From a candidate division FCPU426 bacterium (GTDB lineage Bacteria; Oederibacteriota; PGYV01; Palsa-1178), in NCBI GenBank assembly GCA_963840035.1, contig CAWIXE010000001.1, positions 352,001-416,000 on the forward strand: a DNA stretch of 64,000 nucleotides, in the 5' to 3' direction. The notes below the pieces were generated by a model that was not told where the DNA came from, ran no database searches, and was given only the letters and a program-made list of their open reading frames with translations. Position numbers and translations under genes: made by a program. Below, piece after piece: positions 41,794 to 52,789 of this stretch; position 1 is the stretch's first letter, and every line of letters begins with the position of its first letter.

Positions 41794-43183
41794 TTAAGCC
41801 TTTTGCGTCGACAAAAAACGGCGTATCAAAGTACAGGTTCCCTGAAAGCGTGACAAGGGGGTATAAAAAAGCCCCGTTATTCGGCAGGACACAGTTAAAT
41901 GTGCCTTCCAGTTTCAGTGAAAAGAACTTCACAGGATAGTATTCAAGGCCGATTCCGCCCTGCGCCGCCAGGCATGGCTGGTTGTTCTTTTTTGTGGTCC
42001 CGTCGCTGAACTTGAACTCTTCCGACAATATTGCAAGCCCGAGCCCTATTTTTCCATATGGTATCAGGAACGCATTTTTTTTATATCCAAAATACCCGTA
42101 GCCGCAAAAAAGCAGGTCATATATGCTTACCGAGTGCCTGTATGTGTCTCCTTCTGTCTTGGAAAGCCATACTCCGCCAAGGTCAAGGCCGAAAAGGAAG
42201 GCCCCGGTTATACTGCATGTGAAAGTGCCGTTAACACTCAAACCCAGTGCGGCGTCTTTCTGCACACGCGGCGGCGTCAGCGGCATGACGGCGTTAAACG
42301 CGCCGCCGACGCTGACCCTGGATGGCTCTTCGTCCGGCCTTTTTAAATTCAGGTAAATCTTAACCAGCGATATGAACGCGTCCGTGGGTTCCCACAGCTT
42401 GAAAGGCCCCTTGGAATACGGTTCAAAGACCACCTTACCGGCTTTTTCGTTATTCTTTTTGTCAAAGATGAATTCATTTATTCCTTTTACTTCCGAGTAT
42501 CCCCAGTAATTTTCTTTGGCATCAACATCCCAGGCCGAGTAATTTGTCAGGTTTACCTGGTTTTTGAAAAAATTATTGTTTTTTATAAGCATCTGGGCTT
42601 TTGGTATGTCCTTTAAATATACCGCGAACCTTCCGTTATTAAATGTATTTTGCTCTATGGTAAATTTCATCTCTTTTCCTTCGGCATAAACCCCGTAAGT
42701 GTCGTTATAAAAATAATTATCCTTGATAAGGGCGTTTGAAAAATGAAACAGTTCTATGCCGGTGGAATTAAGGATGTAGTTATTTGTTATTATTATGTTG
42801 CTGCCTTCACAGGATATGGCGCCTCTGATCATTATTGTAAACTCAATGGTGTTTTTGTAGCGGCTCTCGAACCTTATGCCGTCATAGAAACTCTCGCCGT
42901 CAAAAGGAAGCATTCGGACCGGATTTTTCGGATCGCCCTTGGAATAAAGCGCGCCCTTTACCAGAATTTTTGAGTCTTTTTTGAATTTTACCACAGTTCC
43001 GGGATAAATTTTCAGGAAACCTTTTTTATCAATGGTTAAGGTTCCGTCTACAATATACGGGGAATTTTTAGGGGTCCAGTTTTCCGTCTTATCTATGAGG
43101 GAAGGGGCATTCGTTTCGCCATACGCGCTGCCGCATATTAAAATTATGGCCAGGCTAAAAACTATCGCCTTGAAATTTTTCAA
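41780..43183 (-). CDS. Secreted parallel beta-helix protein with C-terminal outer-membrane beta-barrel-like domain
   Basis: Signal peptide, WT..NSPYIVDG.LTI, I.PGT.VKF, Asn ladders, DA..NYWG; C-terminal PY...GLG / GG.GLEY strands. Confidence 0.65.
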   Translation of the reverse strand: MKNFKAIVFSLAIILICGSAYGETNAPSLIDKTENWTPKNSPYIVDGTLTIDKKGFLKIYPGTVVKFKKDSKILVKGALYSKGDPKNPVRMLPFDGESFYDGIRFESRYKNTIEFTIMIRGAISCEGSNIIITNNYILNSTGIELFHFSNALIKDNYFYNDTYGVYAEGKEMKFTIEQNTFNNGRFAVYLKDIPKAQMLIKNNNFFKNQVNLTNYSAWDVDAKENYWGYSEVKGINEFIFDKKNNEKAGKVVFEPYSKGPFKLWEPTDAFISLVKIYLNLKRPDEEPSRVSVGGAFNAVMPLTPPRVQKDAALGLSVNGTFTCSITGAFLFGLDLGGVWLSKTEGDTYRHSVSIYDLLFCGYGYFGYKKNAFLIPYGKIGLGLAILSEEFKFSDGTTKKNNQPCLAAQGGIGLEYYPVKFFSLKLEGTFNCVLPNNGAFLYPLVTLSGNLYFDTPFFVDAKGLNGPY

Positions 43184-43197
43184 AACTTCACCCCTGT

Positions 43198-45733
43198 TTA
43201 TCCGACGCCTTTGTCATCTTCCAGGTCAGGCAGCGGAGGAAGTTCGTCCGGAAGCTTTAAATCCTCTTTTTTCGCGGCCGGAGGCGCGGCTGGTTTGCCC
43301 ATAAGTTCCGGAGGCACTACCGTCCCCTTGCCTGGCAGCTCAACTTTTTTTGAATTCATTGACATGGCGTCAAAATTTAAAAGGTCATTTACCGTGGGAA
43401 GCTTTTCATCCGGTTTCGCTGCCGGGGCGGCCATTGGTGTGTCCATGGCATTTCTCTGAATTTTAAAGCCTCCCTGCTCGGGCTGCCGGGGAGTTGCTTC
43501 AGCGGCCTGTGGAAGCGGCTTAATTGCCGCGTCCGGCTGTGAAAGACCCGATGGCTTCGGCCCCTCGGGCGGCTTTATCGCGGCCGGTTTTCCGGTATCA
43601 GCGGAAGATTTCGGAAGCGATATGACAAATGTCTTTCCTTTTCCTATTTCAGATTCTATTGTTATTTCGCCGCCCATGTTATTTACAATGGCTTTTATTA
43701 TGGGGAACCTTAAACCGCTGTTTACAAACTCAGGGCCTGCTCCGGATTCCGGCCCGTGGAAATTAACGAAAAGGACGCCCGCTTTTGACTGCGGCATGGA
43801 CATCCCGAAATCACTCACCCTTATTATTACGTTTTTGCCGTCTTCCTTTGTCTCCACCAGCACCTGTCCGCCCCTCGGCGATACCTTAATGGCCTGGTTT
43901 AAAAGCTGGCTTGTAACGCTGGATAACCTGCCGGAATCCCCGAACGCCGTGGGCAGTGTCGGCGAAAAATTCACTTTCATATCGACTTTTTTAATATCAG
44001 CCTGGGGCTGTATCGCGAATATGACATCCTGTATCACGGTGTTGATCTCAAGCGGCTGCCTGCCGAGTTTTATCTCCCCTTTTTCAAGCCTTGCCAGCTC
44101 CGTTAAGTCATTGATCAGCCTTTCCAGCCTTGCCGATTTATTTATGACAACCCCGAGAAACTGCTGCTGCGCGTCGGTTATCTTTCCTTCGCCGCCGAGC
44201 ACAGAGGAAATATATGTTTTAATGACGGATAAAACTCCCTTTAATTCGGTATTCATCATGAGGACCGAGTCCATCCTCATATTTTCCTTTTCAACAGGCA
44301 CTTTTGATTCCTGGGCTTTTTTGAGTTCCTGTTTTTCCTTATCAAGGGCTTTTTCAGCGGCCGATAATTTCGCCGCCCAATCCGCCTTTTCAGACTCAAG
44401 TTTTTGCTCCGCTTCCTTTTTAACCTTCGGGACCTCGGATTTTAATTTTGCTATCTCATCCTCAAGTGCTGCCTTGCCGTTCTCTGCGATCTTAATGGCG
44501 TCGCGAAGTTCGGATATTTCCATGTCTGATTTTGACGCTTCCTTTGAGAGTTCTTCTTCGCTTTCCTTGAGCATGGCGGAAAGCTTTCCCGCCTTTTCTT
44601 CCGAGGACTTCACCCTTCCTCCGAGTATGACAAGGGAGTCAAGAAGCTTCTTATACTCGCCTTTTTTTATCTTCGGAAGAAGTTCCTGGAAGCTCGCTTC
44701 ATCTATGTGAGTTAAAGCTTTTACTATCCTCTTAAGCGGGGCGTAAGGCTCGGCGCTGATTGAAAAAACCATTATAAGCGCCAGCAGCAGGACTGCCGCG
44801 AGTATCGCGTAAACCGGGGCGATAAGCGATGTGTCCATAAATACCATCTGTTCTGTTTTCGGGTTTGTCCTTATTGATTTGTAATCCGCGTATGGGGTAA
44901 ATACCAGTATTACCATTTCAAGGGCTTCCTGTGTCTTATAACCCAGGCTTCCCTTCAGGCCGTTATACTGCCCTTCCTTGACGTTCTTTCCGGTCTCATC
45001 CTCGTTTACCGCGGCTTTTATGTCCGCGTTTGAGAAGCACGTTTTCAGTGTTTTCCTTGGAAGCGTCTGAATTTAGAAGCACTGACCCGGAAGTGTTCAC
45101 TATCATGTTCACTCCGTTTTTGGATATGACGCTTTTTCTCATTGCGTTGGCTTTTTCCGATATGTCTGATTTTACATAAAGAACCGCGGCCAGCTTGTCC
45201 TTGGCGTCAAAGATAGGAACAAAATACTCCGCCGTGCCGGCCGTAAAGTTTATTTCAAATATCGCGTTTTTGGACGATGTAGCCTGTATGAATTTTGTGT
45301 TTGATTTAAGGTTAATGGCTTTCAAGGTATCCTTGTTTGCCTCAACCACGTTTCCGGCGGGCAATAAAAGGGCCATATCTTCTTTCATAAGTTTCGCGGT
45401 CTTTAAGAAAACCGCTTTTACTTTCTGGGCCTGGTCTTTCTTTGAAAAATTCGCGGTTTTGATGGTTTTATCATTGATAATTCCGGCGTATTTTTTAAGG
45501 GCTGTTCCGGGGTTTAACTCCTCAACCTGCCTGCTTAACTCATCCACCTTATTCAACACCTGAGAGTTCACCACGTCTATTTCCTTTACATTGTCCGCGT
45601 AAAGAACCCGCTGTTTCATGTTATTGATGGACGCCACCCTTTTGGCGTCAAAATGGTACATGAGGTATACCGGTACGGCAAATACCAGTATTATAAGAAA
45701 TATTACCTTTGTCAAAAGGCTTGACTTGTTCAT
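43198..45733 (-). pseudogene. Frameshifted sensor-histidine-kinase-like gene (periplasmic Cache-like domain, coiled coil, degenerate HisKA/HATPase)
   Basis: ORFs 44996-45733 and 43198-44916 join by removing one base near 45030-45075 (continuation NADIKAAVNEDETGK...EMVILVF); H-box reads MNTELKGVL. Confidence 0.7.
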
Positions 45734-45759
45734 TATGGATCCTCCTGCGGGGAAAAAAC

Positions 45760-48234
45760 TTATTTAGCTTTTTCTTCTCCGCTATCTGTTTCTTCTTCTT
45801 CCACTACGCGGGCGACCGCGCCGACAGCCTCTCCGTCTTTGAGCTTTATGAGGCGCACTCCCTGCGTGTTTCTTCCTATTGTTTTGATGTCCTTAATCTT
45901 TGTCCTTATCAGCGTCCCTTTGGTGGTAATCAGTATGAGCTCATCCGTGTCGCTGACAAGCTTTATGTCGACCACGCTTCCGGTCTTGTCGGTTACTTTT
46001 ACGTTAATGAGCCCTTTTCCGCCGCGGCTCTGTTCCCTGTACTCCTTTACCTTTGTCCTCTTGCCGAACCCTTTTTCTGTGACAGTAAGGAGCGTTACGT
46101 CCTTATCTTCGGAATGCAGTACGGTCATGGAAACAACCTTGTCCTTCTTGTCGAGGTTGATGCCGCGCACTCCCATTCCTGTCCTTCCTATCTCCCTGAT
46201 ATCCTTGGCGTCAAAGCGTATGGCCTTGCCTTCGCTTGTGGCTATGAATATCTGGTCCTGCACCTTTGCCAGCTTTGTCTCTATCAGGGCGTCGCCTTCG
46301 CTTAAACCTATGGCAATGATGCCGCCGGAGCGCGGATTGGCAAAGAGCGACAGGTTTGTCCTCTTTACCGTCCCGTCCTGCGTGACCATCAGCAGGAACT
46401 GGTCATCCTTAAAATCCTTTACCGCGACATAAGCCGCTATTTTTTCGCCGTCCTCAATTTTAATCATGTTTACTATTGCCTTGCCCTTGGCAGTCCTTGC
46501 CGCCTCGGGTATCTCGTAAACCTTAAGCCAGTGGCAGCGGCCTTTGGAGGTAAAGAACATCATGTAATCGTGGGTATTGGCCACGAAGACATCCTGGACA
46601 AAATCCTCATCCTGCGTGGTGACGGCTATGATTCCCCTGCCGCCGCGCTTCTGGGCTTTGTATGAAGTGGACGGTGTCCTTTTGATAAACCCTTTATGGG
46701 TCATGGTCACTATCATGTCCTCTTCCTGTATCATATCCTCAACCGTGAGCTCTTTTTCTTTTTGTATTATTTCCGTCCTGCGCGGGTCCGCGAACTTGTT
46801 CTTTATGTCAAGAAGCTCAACCGTGATAAGCGCGAGCATTTTCTTTTCGCTTGCCAGCAGCGACTTTAATTCCTCAATGAGTTTTTTCAGCTCCGCGAGT
46901 TCTTTCTCGATCTTCTCGACTTCAAGGGCAGTTAACTGCTGCAGTTTCATGTCGAGGATGGCCTGCGCCTGTATCGGCGTGAGTTTGAAAGTCTTAATCA
47001 GCCCTTCTTTTGCCTCTTCCACATTATCGGAAGCCCTGATGAGCTTTATTACCCTGTCAAGGTACTTTAAGGCAATCAGCAACCCTTCAAGTATGTGGGC
47101 GCGTCTCTCTGCCTTTTTCAGTTCGAACTTTGTCCTTCTTATGATAACTTCTTTCCTGAACTCGATAAAGTTCTGGAGCACTTCCTTTAGTGAAAGGGTC
47201 TTCGGCCTGCCGTTGACCAGCGCTAGCATGTTAATACCGAACGTCGTGCGCATTACCGTATGCTTGTAAAGCTGGTTTAAGATAACTTCCGCGTTGTCGT
47301 TCCTGGATATTTCAACGACCGCCCTTACTCCGTCCTTGTCAGACTCGTCGCGCAGGTCTGTTATTCCCTCTATCTTTTTATCGCGCACCAGGTCTGATAT
47401 GGTCTCAAGCAGCTGCGCTTTATTTACCATGTAAGGAAGTTCTGTTATGACTATCTGCTGCTTTCCTTTTTTTGTTTCCTCTATCTTGACCTTTGACTGC
47501 ATGGTAATGGAGCCGCGCCCGGTTTCATACGCTTTTTTGATGCCTTCCCTGCCGATAATATACGCTCCCGTCGGAAAATCAGGGCCGCTTACTATCTTTA
47601 AAAGGTCGTCTGTCTTTATATTTTTGTCCTTGTTTTCTATTATATATATAGTGGCGTCAATTATCTCTCCCAGGTTATGCGGCGGTATGTTTGTGGCCAT
47701 GCCGACAGCGATGCCTGATGAGCCGTTAACCAGCAGCTGAGGGAACCTTACCGGAAGTACCGTGGGTTCCTTTCCTGATTCGTCATAGGTCGGGATAAAG
47801 TCAACGGTGTCCTTATCAAGGTCTTTTATAAGCTCTTCCGTTATCTTCTGCATCCTTGCTTCCGTATAACGCATGGCCGCGGGCGGGTCTCCGTCGACGG
47901 ATCCGAAATTTCCCTGTCCGTCAATCAAAGGCATCCTGAATGTAAAAGTCTGCGCCATCCTGACTAACGCTTCGTAAATGGATGAGTCTCCGTGCGGATG
48001 GTAATTTCCCATCACTTCTCCGACTATCTTCGCGCATTTCCTGTAAGGCTTTCCATAATATAATCCCACATCATAAGTTGAAAAAAGTATCCTTCTCTGT
48101 ACGGGCTTTAAACCGTCGCGTACGTCGGGAAGGGCCCTTCCAACGATAACTGACATGGAGTAATCGAGATATGATGTCTGCATCTCGTCTTCCAATATTG
48201 CCGGCTGTATCCTGGAAATTATCTGTTCATCCAT
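45760..48234 (-). CDS. gyrA: DNA gyrase subunit A
   Basis: RALPDVRDGLKPV, YHPHGD, AAMRYTEAR, GyrA-box QKRGGRG, C-terminal pinwheel repeats. Confidence 0.97.
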   Translation of the reverse strand: MDEQIISRIQPAILEDEMQTSYLDYSMSVIVGRALPDVRDGLKPVQRRILFSTYDVGLYYGKPYRKCAKIVGEVMGNYHPHGDSSIYEALVRMAQTFTFRMPLIDGQGNFGSVDGDPPAAMRYTEARMQKITEELIKDLDKDTVDFIPTYDESGKEPTVLPVRFPQLLVNGSSGIAVGMATNIPPHNLGEIIDATIYIIENKDKNIKTDDLLKIVSGPDFPTGAYIIGREGIKKAYETGRGSITMQSKVKIEETKKGKQQIVITELPYMVNKAQLLETISDLVRDKKIEGITDLRDESDKDGVRAVVEISRNDNAEVILNQLYKHTVMRTTFGINMLALVNGRPKTLSLKEVLQNFIEFRKEVIIRRTKFELKKAERRAHILEGLLIALKYLDRVIKLIRASDNVEEAKEGLIKTFKLTPIQAQAILDMKLQQLTALEVEKIEKELAELKKLIEELKSLLASEKKMLALITVELLDIKNKFADPRRTEIIQKEKELTVEDMIQEEDMIVTMTHKGFIKRTPSTSYKAQKRGGRGIIAVTTQDEDFVQDVFVANTHDYMMFFTSKGRCHWLKVYEIPEAARTAKGKAIVNMIKIEDGEKIAAYVAVKDFKDDQFLLMVTQDGTVKRTNLSLFANPRSGGIIAIGLSEGDALIETKLAKVQDQIFIATSEGKAIRFDAKDIREIGRTGMGVRGINLDKKDKVVSMTVLHSEDKDVTLLTVTEKGFGKRTKVKEYREQSRGGKGLINVKVTDKTGSVVDIKLVSDTDELILITTKGTLIRTKIKDIKTIGRNTQGVRLIKLKDGEAVGAVARVVEEEETDSGEEKAK

Positions 48235-48266
48235 TTATGTTATTCTCCGTTCAATTTGTAAAATTA

Positions 48267-49373
48267 TTATTTTCTGATGGGCATTACTATGTAGAGGTAC
48301 TCGTCGTCGCCTTTTGCCTTCATGACGCCCGGATTCATCGAGCTTATTAATTTTAATTCCACTGAATCGGTTTCAACCACTTTTAATACATCCATAATAT
48401 AAGCGGCGTTATATGAGACTTCTATGGGCTCGCCGTCATATTTTATGTCTATTTCTTCCATGCCCTCTCCCTCATCCTGGGCCTGCGAAGTAATGGTAAG
48501 CTTATTTTTTTCAAGTTTTAAAATTACAATCTTTGACTTATCGGAAGTGATAGTGGCTGCCCTTCTTACGGCCGACGCCAGGTCTTCTTTTCCTATTATG
48601 GCTTCCATGGAAAATTCCTTTGGTATGACCTGGTTATAGTTGGGGTAATTCTCGTCTATTATCCTTGAGACAATGTCGATATTTTCGAGCTGAAATTCTA
48701 TAACCTTGTCATAAAAATTAATTGTAAGTTCTTTTTTCTCGTCATCCGATAAAACTTTCGCGATCTCATTTATGGTGCGCAGCGGTATGATATATTCAAA
48801 TTTTGATTTGAGCCCCGATTTTATCTCTGTCTTGCAGTAAGCCAGCCTGTGAGCGTCTGTGGCAACTGCTTCTATCTTGTTATTTTCAAATTTAAAAAAT
48901 ACCCCGTTTAAATTTCTTTTTGAAGTATCTTTTAACGCCGCGTAGGATATCCTCGCTATTATGGTCTTTAATAATTTCTGCGGTATTTTTAATGTCTCAA
49001 GCTTTTTTTCATCAGGCTGAAGAACGGGAAAATCCTCCGCTGGAAGGCCGTTAATTTTATATGAGGCTTTTTTGCATACCACTTTTGTATTATCGCTTTT
49101 ATCAGTCTCTATTTTTATATCATCATCTGTAAATTCTTTTATAAGCGCTATGATCTTTTTTGGTATGGTTGTTTTTCCGGGCTGTTCTATTTTTTCAACT
49201 TTGCATTTAATCCTGACTGATATATCCATGTCTGTGGCCGAGAGATAAAGAAAATCATTATCAGCTTCAAATAATATGTTCGATAACAGTGGTAATGTCG
49301 CTCCCGTCGATATAAAATACTGGGCAATCTGCAGGGACTCCAGGATCTCGTTCTTTTTTGTCTTTAATTTCAT
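48267..49373 (-). CDS. dnaN: DNA polymerase III beta sliding clamp
   Basis: SATD, ATDAHRL, YPNYNQVIP, YIVMPIR; directly after dnaA. Confidence 0.96.
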   Translation of the reverse strand: MKLKTKKNEILESLQIAQYFISTGATLPLLSNILFEADNDFLYLSATDMDISVRIKCKVEKIEQPGKTTIPKKIIALIKEFTDDDIKIETDKSDNTKVVCKKASYKINGLPAEDFPVLQPDEKKLETLKIPQKLLKTIIARISYAALKDTSKRNLNGVFFKFENNKIEAVATDAHRLAYCKTEIKSGLKSKFEYIIPLRTINEIAKVLSDDEKKELTINFYDKVIEFQLENIDIVSRIIDENYPNYNQVIPKEFSMEAIIGKEDLASAVRRAATITSDKSKIVILKLEKNKLTITSQAQDEGEGMEEIDIKYDGEPIEVSYNAAYIMDVLKVVETDSVELKLISSMNPGVMKAKGDDEYLYIVMPIRK

Positions 49374-49379
49374 GTACTC

Positions 49380-49635
49380 CTCCTTTTAATTTGTCCACAT
49401 TTTTTGGTTTACAACAGTAATAATACTCTTATGTATATATAAAGATTGTTGCTGTTGTTGTACTGTTAATTACCTTAATAACTTTAAAGTTCCTTAAAAA
49501 AATAGCTTATTTAAACCTTATTAATGTTAATTATAGCTATATTTTAATACATAAAGGGCTATTTATCCACAATAAACTTAAGGCTGAATTTATTATCAAC
49601 AGCCCATAACAGGGTAATACACATACTATTAACAG
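49380..49635. other. Probable oriC (dnaA-dnaN intergenic part)
   Basis: DnaA boxes TTGTCCACA 49391-49399, TTATCCACA 49563-49571, TTATCAACA 49593-49601; very AT-rich, with trinucleotide runs (GTTGCTGTTGTTG, GTAATAATA). Confidence 0.8.
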
Positions 49636-50979
49636 TTATTTTTTGATCCTTACTATGAGTTCTTCCACTGTGGTCCTGAATTTATCGTCTGATTTCATGA
49701 GCTGTTCCACTTTCTTATTGGCGTGCATGACGGTGGTGTGGTCCTTGCCCCCGAAATACTGCCCAATCTGAACCAGAGAATAGTCAGTAAGCGTCCTCGT
49801 TATATACATGGCTATCTGCCTGGCGTTTGCAATATTTTCCGGCCTTTTTCTTGATGAAAGGTCCTGTACTTTTATGCCGTAATATTCGGCTACAACCTGC
49901 TGTATAAGGTCGATGCCTATTTTTTTATTTGATTCAAATAAAGGGTTGGTAAGCTTAAGCGCCTGTTTTGCCAGGTCCAGGCTTATGTCATTGCCCGGCT
50001 GCATGGAGAGCGCTATCATGGTGACGAACGCGGAGCCAAGCGAACGTACGCTAGTATCCACGTGGTCGGCTATGAACGAGAGTATATTGTCCGGGATGAC
50101 CCTGTTTATTTCCTTTGCCTTTAAGCGCAGTATGGCGACCCTGGTTTCAAAGTTAGGCGGCTGAATGTCGGCGATAATGCCGGCTGCAAAGCGCGATTTT
50201 AAGCGGTCTTCCAGCTTTAATTCCTGGGGAGGCGAATCTGACGTGGCCACAATCTGTTTGTTTAAGTTCGTCAGTTCGTTAAATGTATGGAAAAATTCCT
50301 CCCTTGCCTGCTCGCCTTTCTGGAGGAACTCGATATCGTCGACTAAAAGAAGGTCGGCGCTGCGGTACTTTTCCTTGAATTCGTCCATCTTTTTATTGCC
50401 TATGTGCTGGACCACTTCTATGATGAATTTCTCCGCTGTGGTAATTAATATTTTTGTCTGCGGATTTTTCTCGTATACCAAATTGCCTATGGCGTGCAAA
50501 AGGTGTGTCTTGCCGAGCCCTACGCCGCCGTATATGAATAAAGGGTTATATGTCTGCCCCGGCGCCTCTGCAACTGCCTTGGAGGCCGCGTGGGCGAACC
50601 TGTTGGCGTCGCCTACAATAAAGTTGTCAAATTTGAACTTGGGGTTAAGGTAAGGTATGTGCCCTGAAGGGGAATCAAGGGGAAGCGGTATCTGCTGGCC
50701 CTTAATGATGATCTTGTGCTCGTTATCCTTCTTGTCAGAGGCTGATTTTTTTACCTCAATGGAAAAAGAAACCGAGTCATTGACGGATGATTTTAACGCG
50801 TTTAAAACATCATCCACAAATTTTTCATTCAGGTTTTTTTTATGAAGGCTGCTTGGCACTTCTATGACGCACCTGTTCTCCGCGCTGTCAAAGGCTGCCG
50901 TTGATTTATCAAGCCACATATAAAGGGTAGGTGATTCCGCCTTTATTTTTTCTAAAATTTCATTCCAGTCAAAAGCCAT
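49636..50979 (-). CDS. dnaA: Chromosomal replication initiator DnaA
   Basis: YNPLFIYGGVGLGKTHL, LLVDDIEF, EFFHTFN, RLKSRF, GGKDHTTVMHA. Confidence 0.98.
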   Translation of the reverse strand: MAFDWNEILEKIKAESPTLYMWLDKSTAAFDSAENRCVIEVPSSLHKKNLNEKFVDDVLNALKSSVNDSVSFSIEVKKSASDKKDNEHKIIIKGQQIPLPLDSPSGHIPYLNPKFKFDNFIVGDANRFAHAASKAVAEAPGQTYNPLFIYGGVGLGKTHLLHAIGNLVYEKNPQTKILITTAEKFIIEVVQHIGNKKMDEFKEKYRSADLLLVDDIEFLQKGEQAREEFFHTFNELTNLNKQIVATSDSPPQELKLEDRLKSRFAAGIIADIQPPNFETRVAILRLKAKEINRVIPDNILSFIADHVDTSVRSLGSAFVTMIALSMQPGNDISLDLAKQALKLTNPLFESNKKIGIDLIQQVVAEYYGIKVQDLSSRKRPENIANARQIAMYITRTLTDYSLVQIGQYFGGKDHTTVMHANKKVEQLMKSDDKFRTTVEELIVRIKK

Positions 50980-50989
50980 TATTTAATTG

Positions 50990-51190
50990 CCACCTCATCA
51001 TAAGATATCCACATAATCAACAGTGTTAACTTTGAACATATACACCAAATAAACAACCATGTTTTTAAGGCATTTTATTACTTATCCACAAACGCAGTCT
51101 GCGTGTTGTTAACAATTTAATAACAATGATTTTAGTAGAACAATACTCACTAAAACATGGCTTATTATAACATATCAGTAATTAATTTCA
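50990..51190. promoter_or_regulatory. dnaA promoter region with DnaA boxes (upstream part of a bipartite oriC)
   Basis: ATATCCACA 51005-51013, TAATCAACA 51014-51022, TTATCCACA 51082-51090. Confidence 0.7.
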
Positions 51191-51191
51191 A

Positions 51192-51232
51192 CAAAAAAAA
51201 ACCCCGGATGGCGAATAACCATCCGGGGTTTT
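51192..51232 (-). terminator. Intrinsic terminator insulating dnaA from the upstream membrane-protein gene
   Basis: AAAACCCCGGATGG-loop-CCATCCGGGGTTTT followed by a long T run on the minus strand. Confidence 0.85.
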
Positions 51233-51266
51233 GCCTTCAACTGAAATTAAGCTGTTTTAATATTTA

Positions 51267-52565
51267 TTACTTTCCCCACTTGTAATTCAGGGCTATGCTT
51301 GAAGCAAGTGCATCTCCGCCAAGCGAGTTTCCTGATATGAAATACGGCCCATAAAGCAGGATTGCCGGGTTGAGAAGCGCATCGATCGATAGGTCTCCGA
51401 TAGTGCCTGTTACTCCGATAGTGCCTGAGACTGCACCGTTTGAATACAGGTTAGTTGTGCAGGTTTCACCGGTCTTTTTTCCATCGGTCGTTGACTGTGC
51501 GATATTATTGGCATAATTAAGCTGAAGCAGCTGTTTGTAAACGCCGGCGCTCATTGACCATGTTTCATTGAGTTTGCATGTTATGGCAACATAGACTGGT
51601 ATCTGGAAATTTTTTGTATTGGTGATGTTGGCATCATATGTCTTTGTTGTTGTCTTTGCTACCTTATTTTCTAAGGTTGCAACAGCGCCGTTGCTTGTGA
51701 ATTTTGAGTATAACCCTGAGCCATAGGTGATTGCCATGGTGTCGGATACTTTCATGGTGTTTGCGCCGTCGATATTTACCGACCAATCAGTGTTAGCGGT
51801 GGAAGCAATTGTCCATGTGTCGCCCGTATCCGTGAAGCTGCCGTTTGCGTTAGCGTCAACCATGTTAGTTGTTGACCTTGTGCCTGTGGTGATATTTCCC
51901 ATTAAGTTAAGCATCCAGCCGTTGATCTTTGTCCTGCCATTCATGTCGATTGCCAGGAGGGTATCGCCTGTCCAGCTTTCTCCAACAAGCTTACCGTCAG
52001 TATTAAAGTTCCTGACCTGGTTGGTTTCTATTCTTCCCGGGATTGTCAACGCGATAGATGAGTCAACAGGAAGGTCAGCCACTTTTAAGGATGCGCCAAC
52101 ATTGACCTTGATGTAGGAATTATTATCGCCGGCTGTTGAGTCTTTTTCCTTGTTAAATATGTTTTCGTTAAAATCAGTGATTCTCTGTCCATACAGGACG
52201 TATCCGCCTACATTCATTGCGCCTAAATTTGTTCCGTAAAAAGCTCCCGTAACGGCAGGAAGAACATAGACCATGCCAAGTCCGCCCGGAATAGCAATTC
52301 CAGGGTTCGATCTGCCTGAAATTCCGACCACGCCAAGAGATGTATCAATGAAGGAATATGCGGAAGGATTGTCGAAATCGGTCATTTCAACAACGGCGAT
52401 ATTCTTAAAGTTCTGAATCAGGGACGGATAAACATTTACGATCTGGTCAAGATTTGTCATGGTCACAGGAAGTCCGCCGAGCGACAACAGTTTTGTCTGC
52501 GACGCGAATGCGGATGAAGCGAAAACGAGTGAAACAATGGCAATTACGACTAAAAATTTCTTCAT
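51267..52565 (-). CDS. Secreted, probably outer-membrane beta-barrel/porin-like protein
   Basis: Signal peptide MKKFLVV...AFA, amphipathic strands, C-terminal IALNYKW; AGGAGG RBS. Confidence 0.6.
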   Translation of the reverse strand: MKKFLVVIAIVSLVFASSAFASQTKLLSLGGLPVTMTNLDQIVNVYPSLIQNFKNIAVVEMTDFDNPSAYSFIDTSLGVVGISGRSNPGIAIPGGLGMVYVLPAVTGAFYGTNLGAMNVGGYVLYGQRITDFNENIFNKEKDSTAGDNNSYIKVNVGASLKVADLPVDSSIALTIPGRIETNQVRNFNTDGKLVGESWTGDTLLAIDMNGRTKINGWMLNLMGNITTGTRSTTNMVDANANGSFTDTGDTWTIASTANTDWSVNIDGANTMKVSDTMAITYGSGLYSKFTSNGAVATLENKVAKTTTKTYDANITNTKNFQIPVYVAITCKLNETWSMSAGVYKQLLQLNYANNIAQSTTDGKKTGETCTTNLYSNGAVSGTIGVTGTIGDLSIDALLNPAILLYGPYFISGNSLGGDALASSIALNYKWGK

Positions 52566-52721
52566 TAAGTTCCCTCCTAGGATTTTTAACTCTTTTGCCG
52601 ACCTTTTTTCAGAAGAATGTAATGCATTCTTCCACGAAATTAAGCTGTACCACCCCCTTTCAAGGGTTTTATACAACAAATTTTGTATTAGTCTGCGAAA
52701 TTTTCCCTATATCTTAAACTA

Positions 52722-52749
52722 ATTATAACATTTTTTTTAGAAATGTCAA
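52722..52749 (-). promoter_or_regulatory. Consensus sigma70 promoter of the porin-like gene
   Basis: TTGACA-N16-TATAAT with extended -10 TG on the minus strand. Confidence 0.7.
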
Positions 52750-52789
52750 TATTTATTGGCTATTTATAGGCCGGCGGTCTTTAAGGGGA

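Noticed and set aside
45760..48234. ParC rather than GyrA, because it is separated from gyrB
   Set aside because: Has a GyrA-box (QKRGGRG) and a full C-terminal pinwheel
52570..52720. Riboswitch (c-di-GMP-I-like) in the porin-gene leader
   Set aside because: Two small hairpins, one with a GAAA loop, are present, but the conserved GCAAAC/GACGCAAAG elements are not; an Infernal scan would be needed
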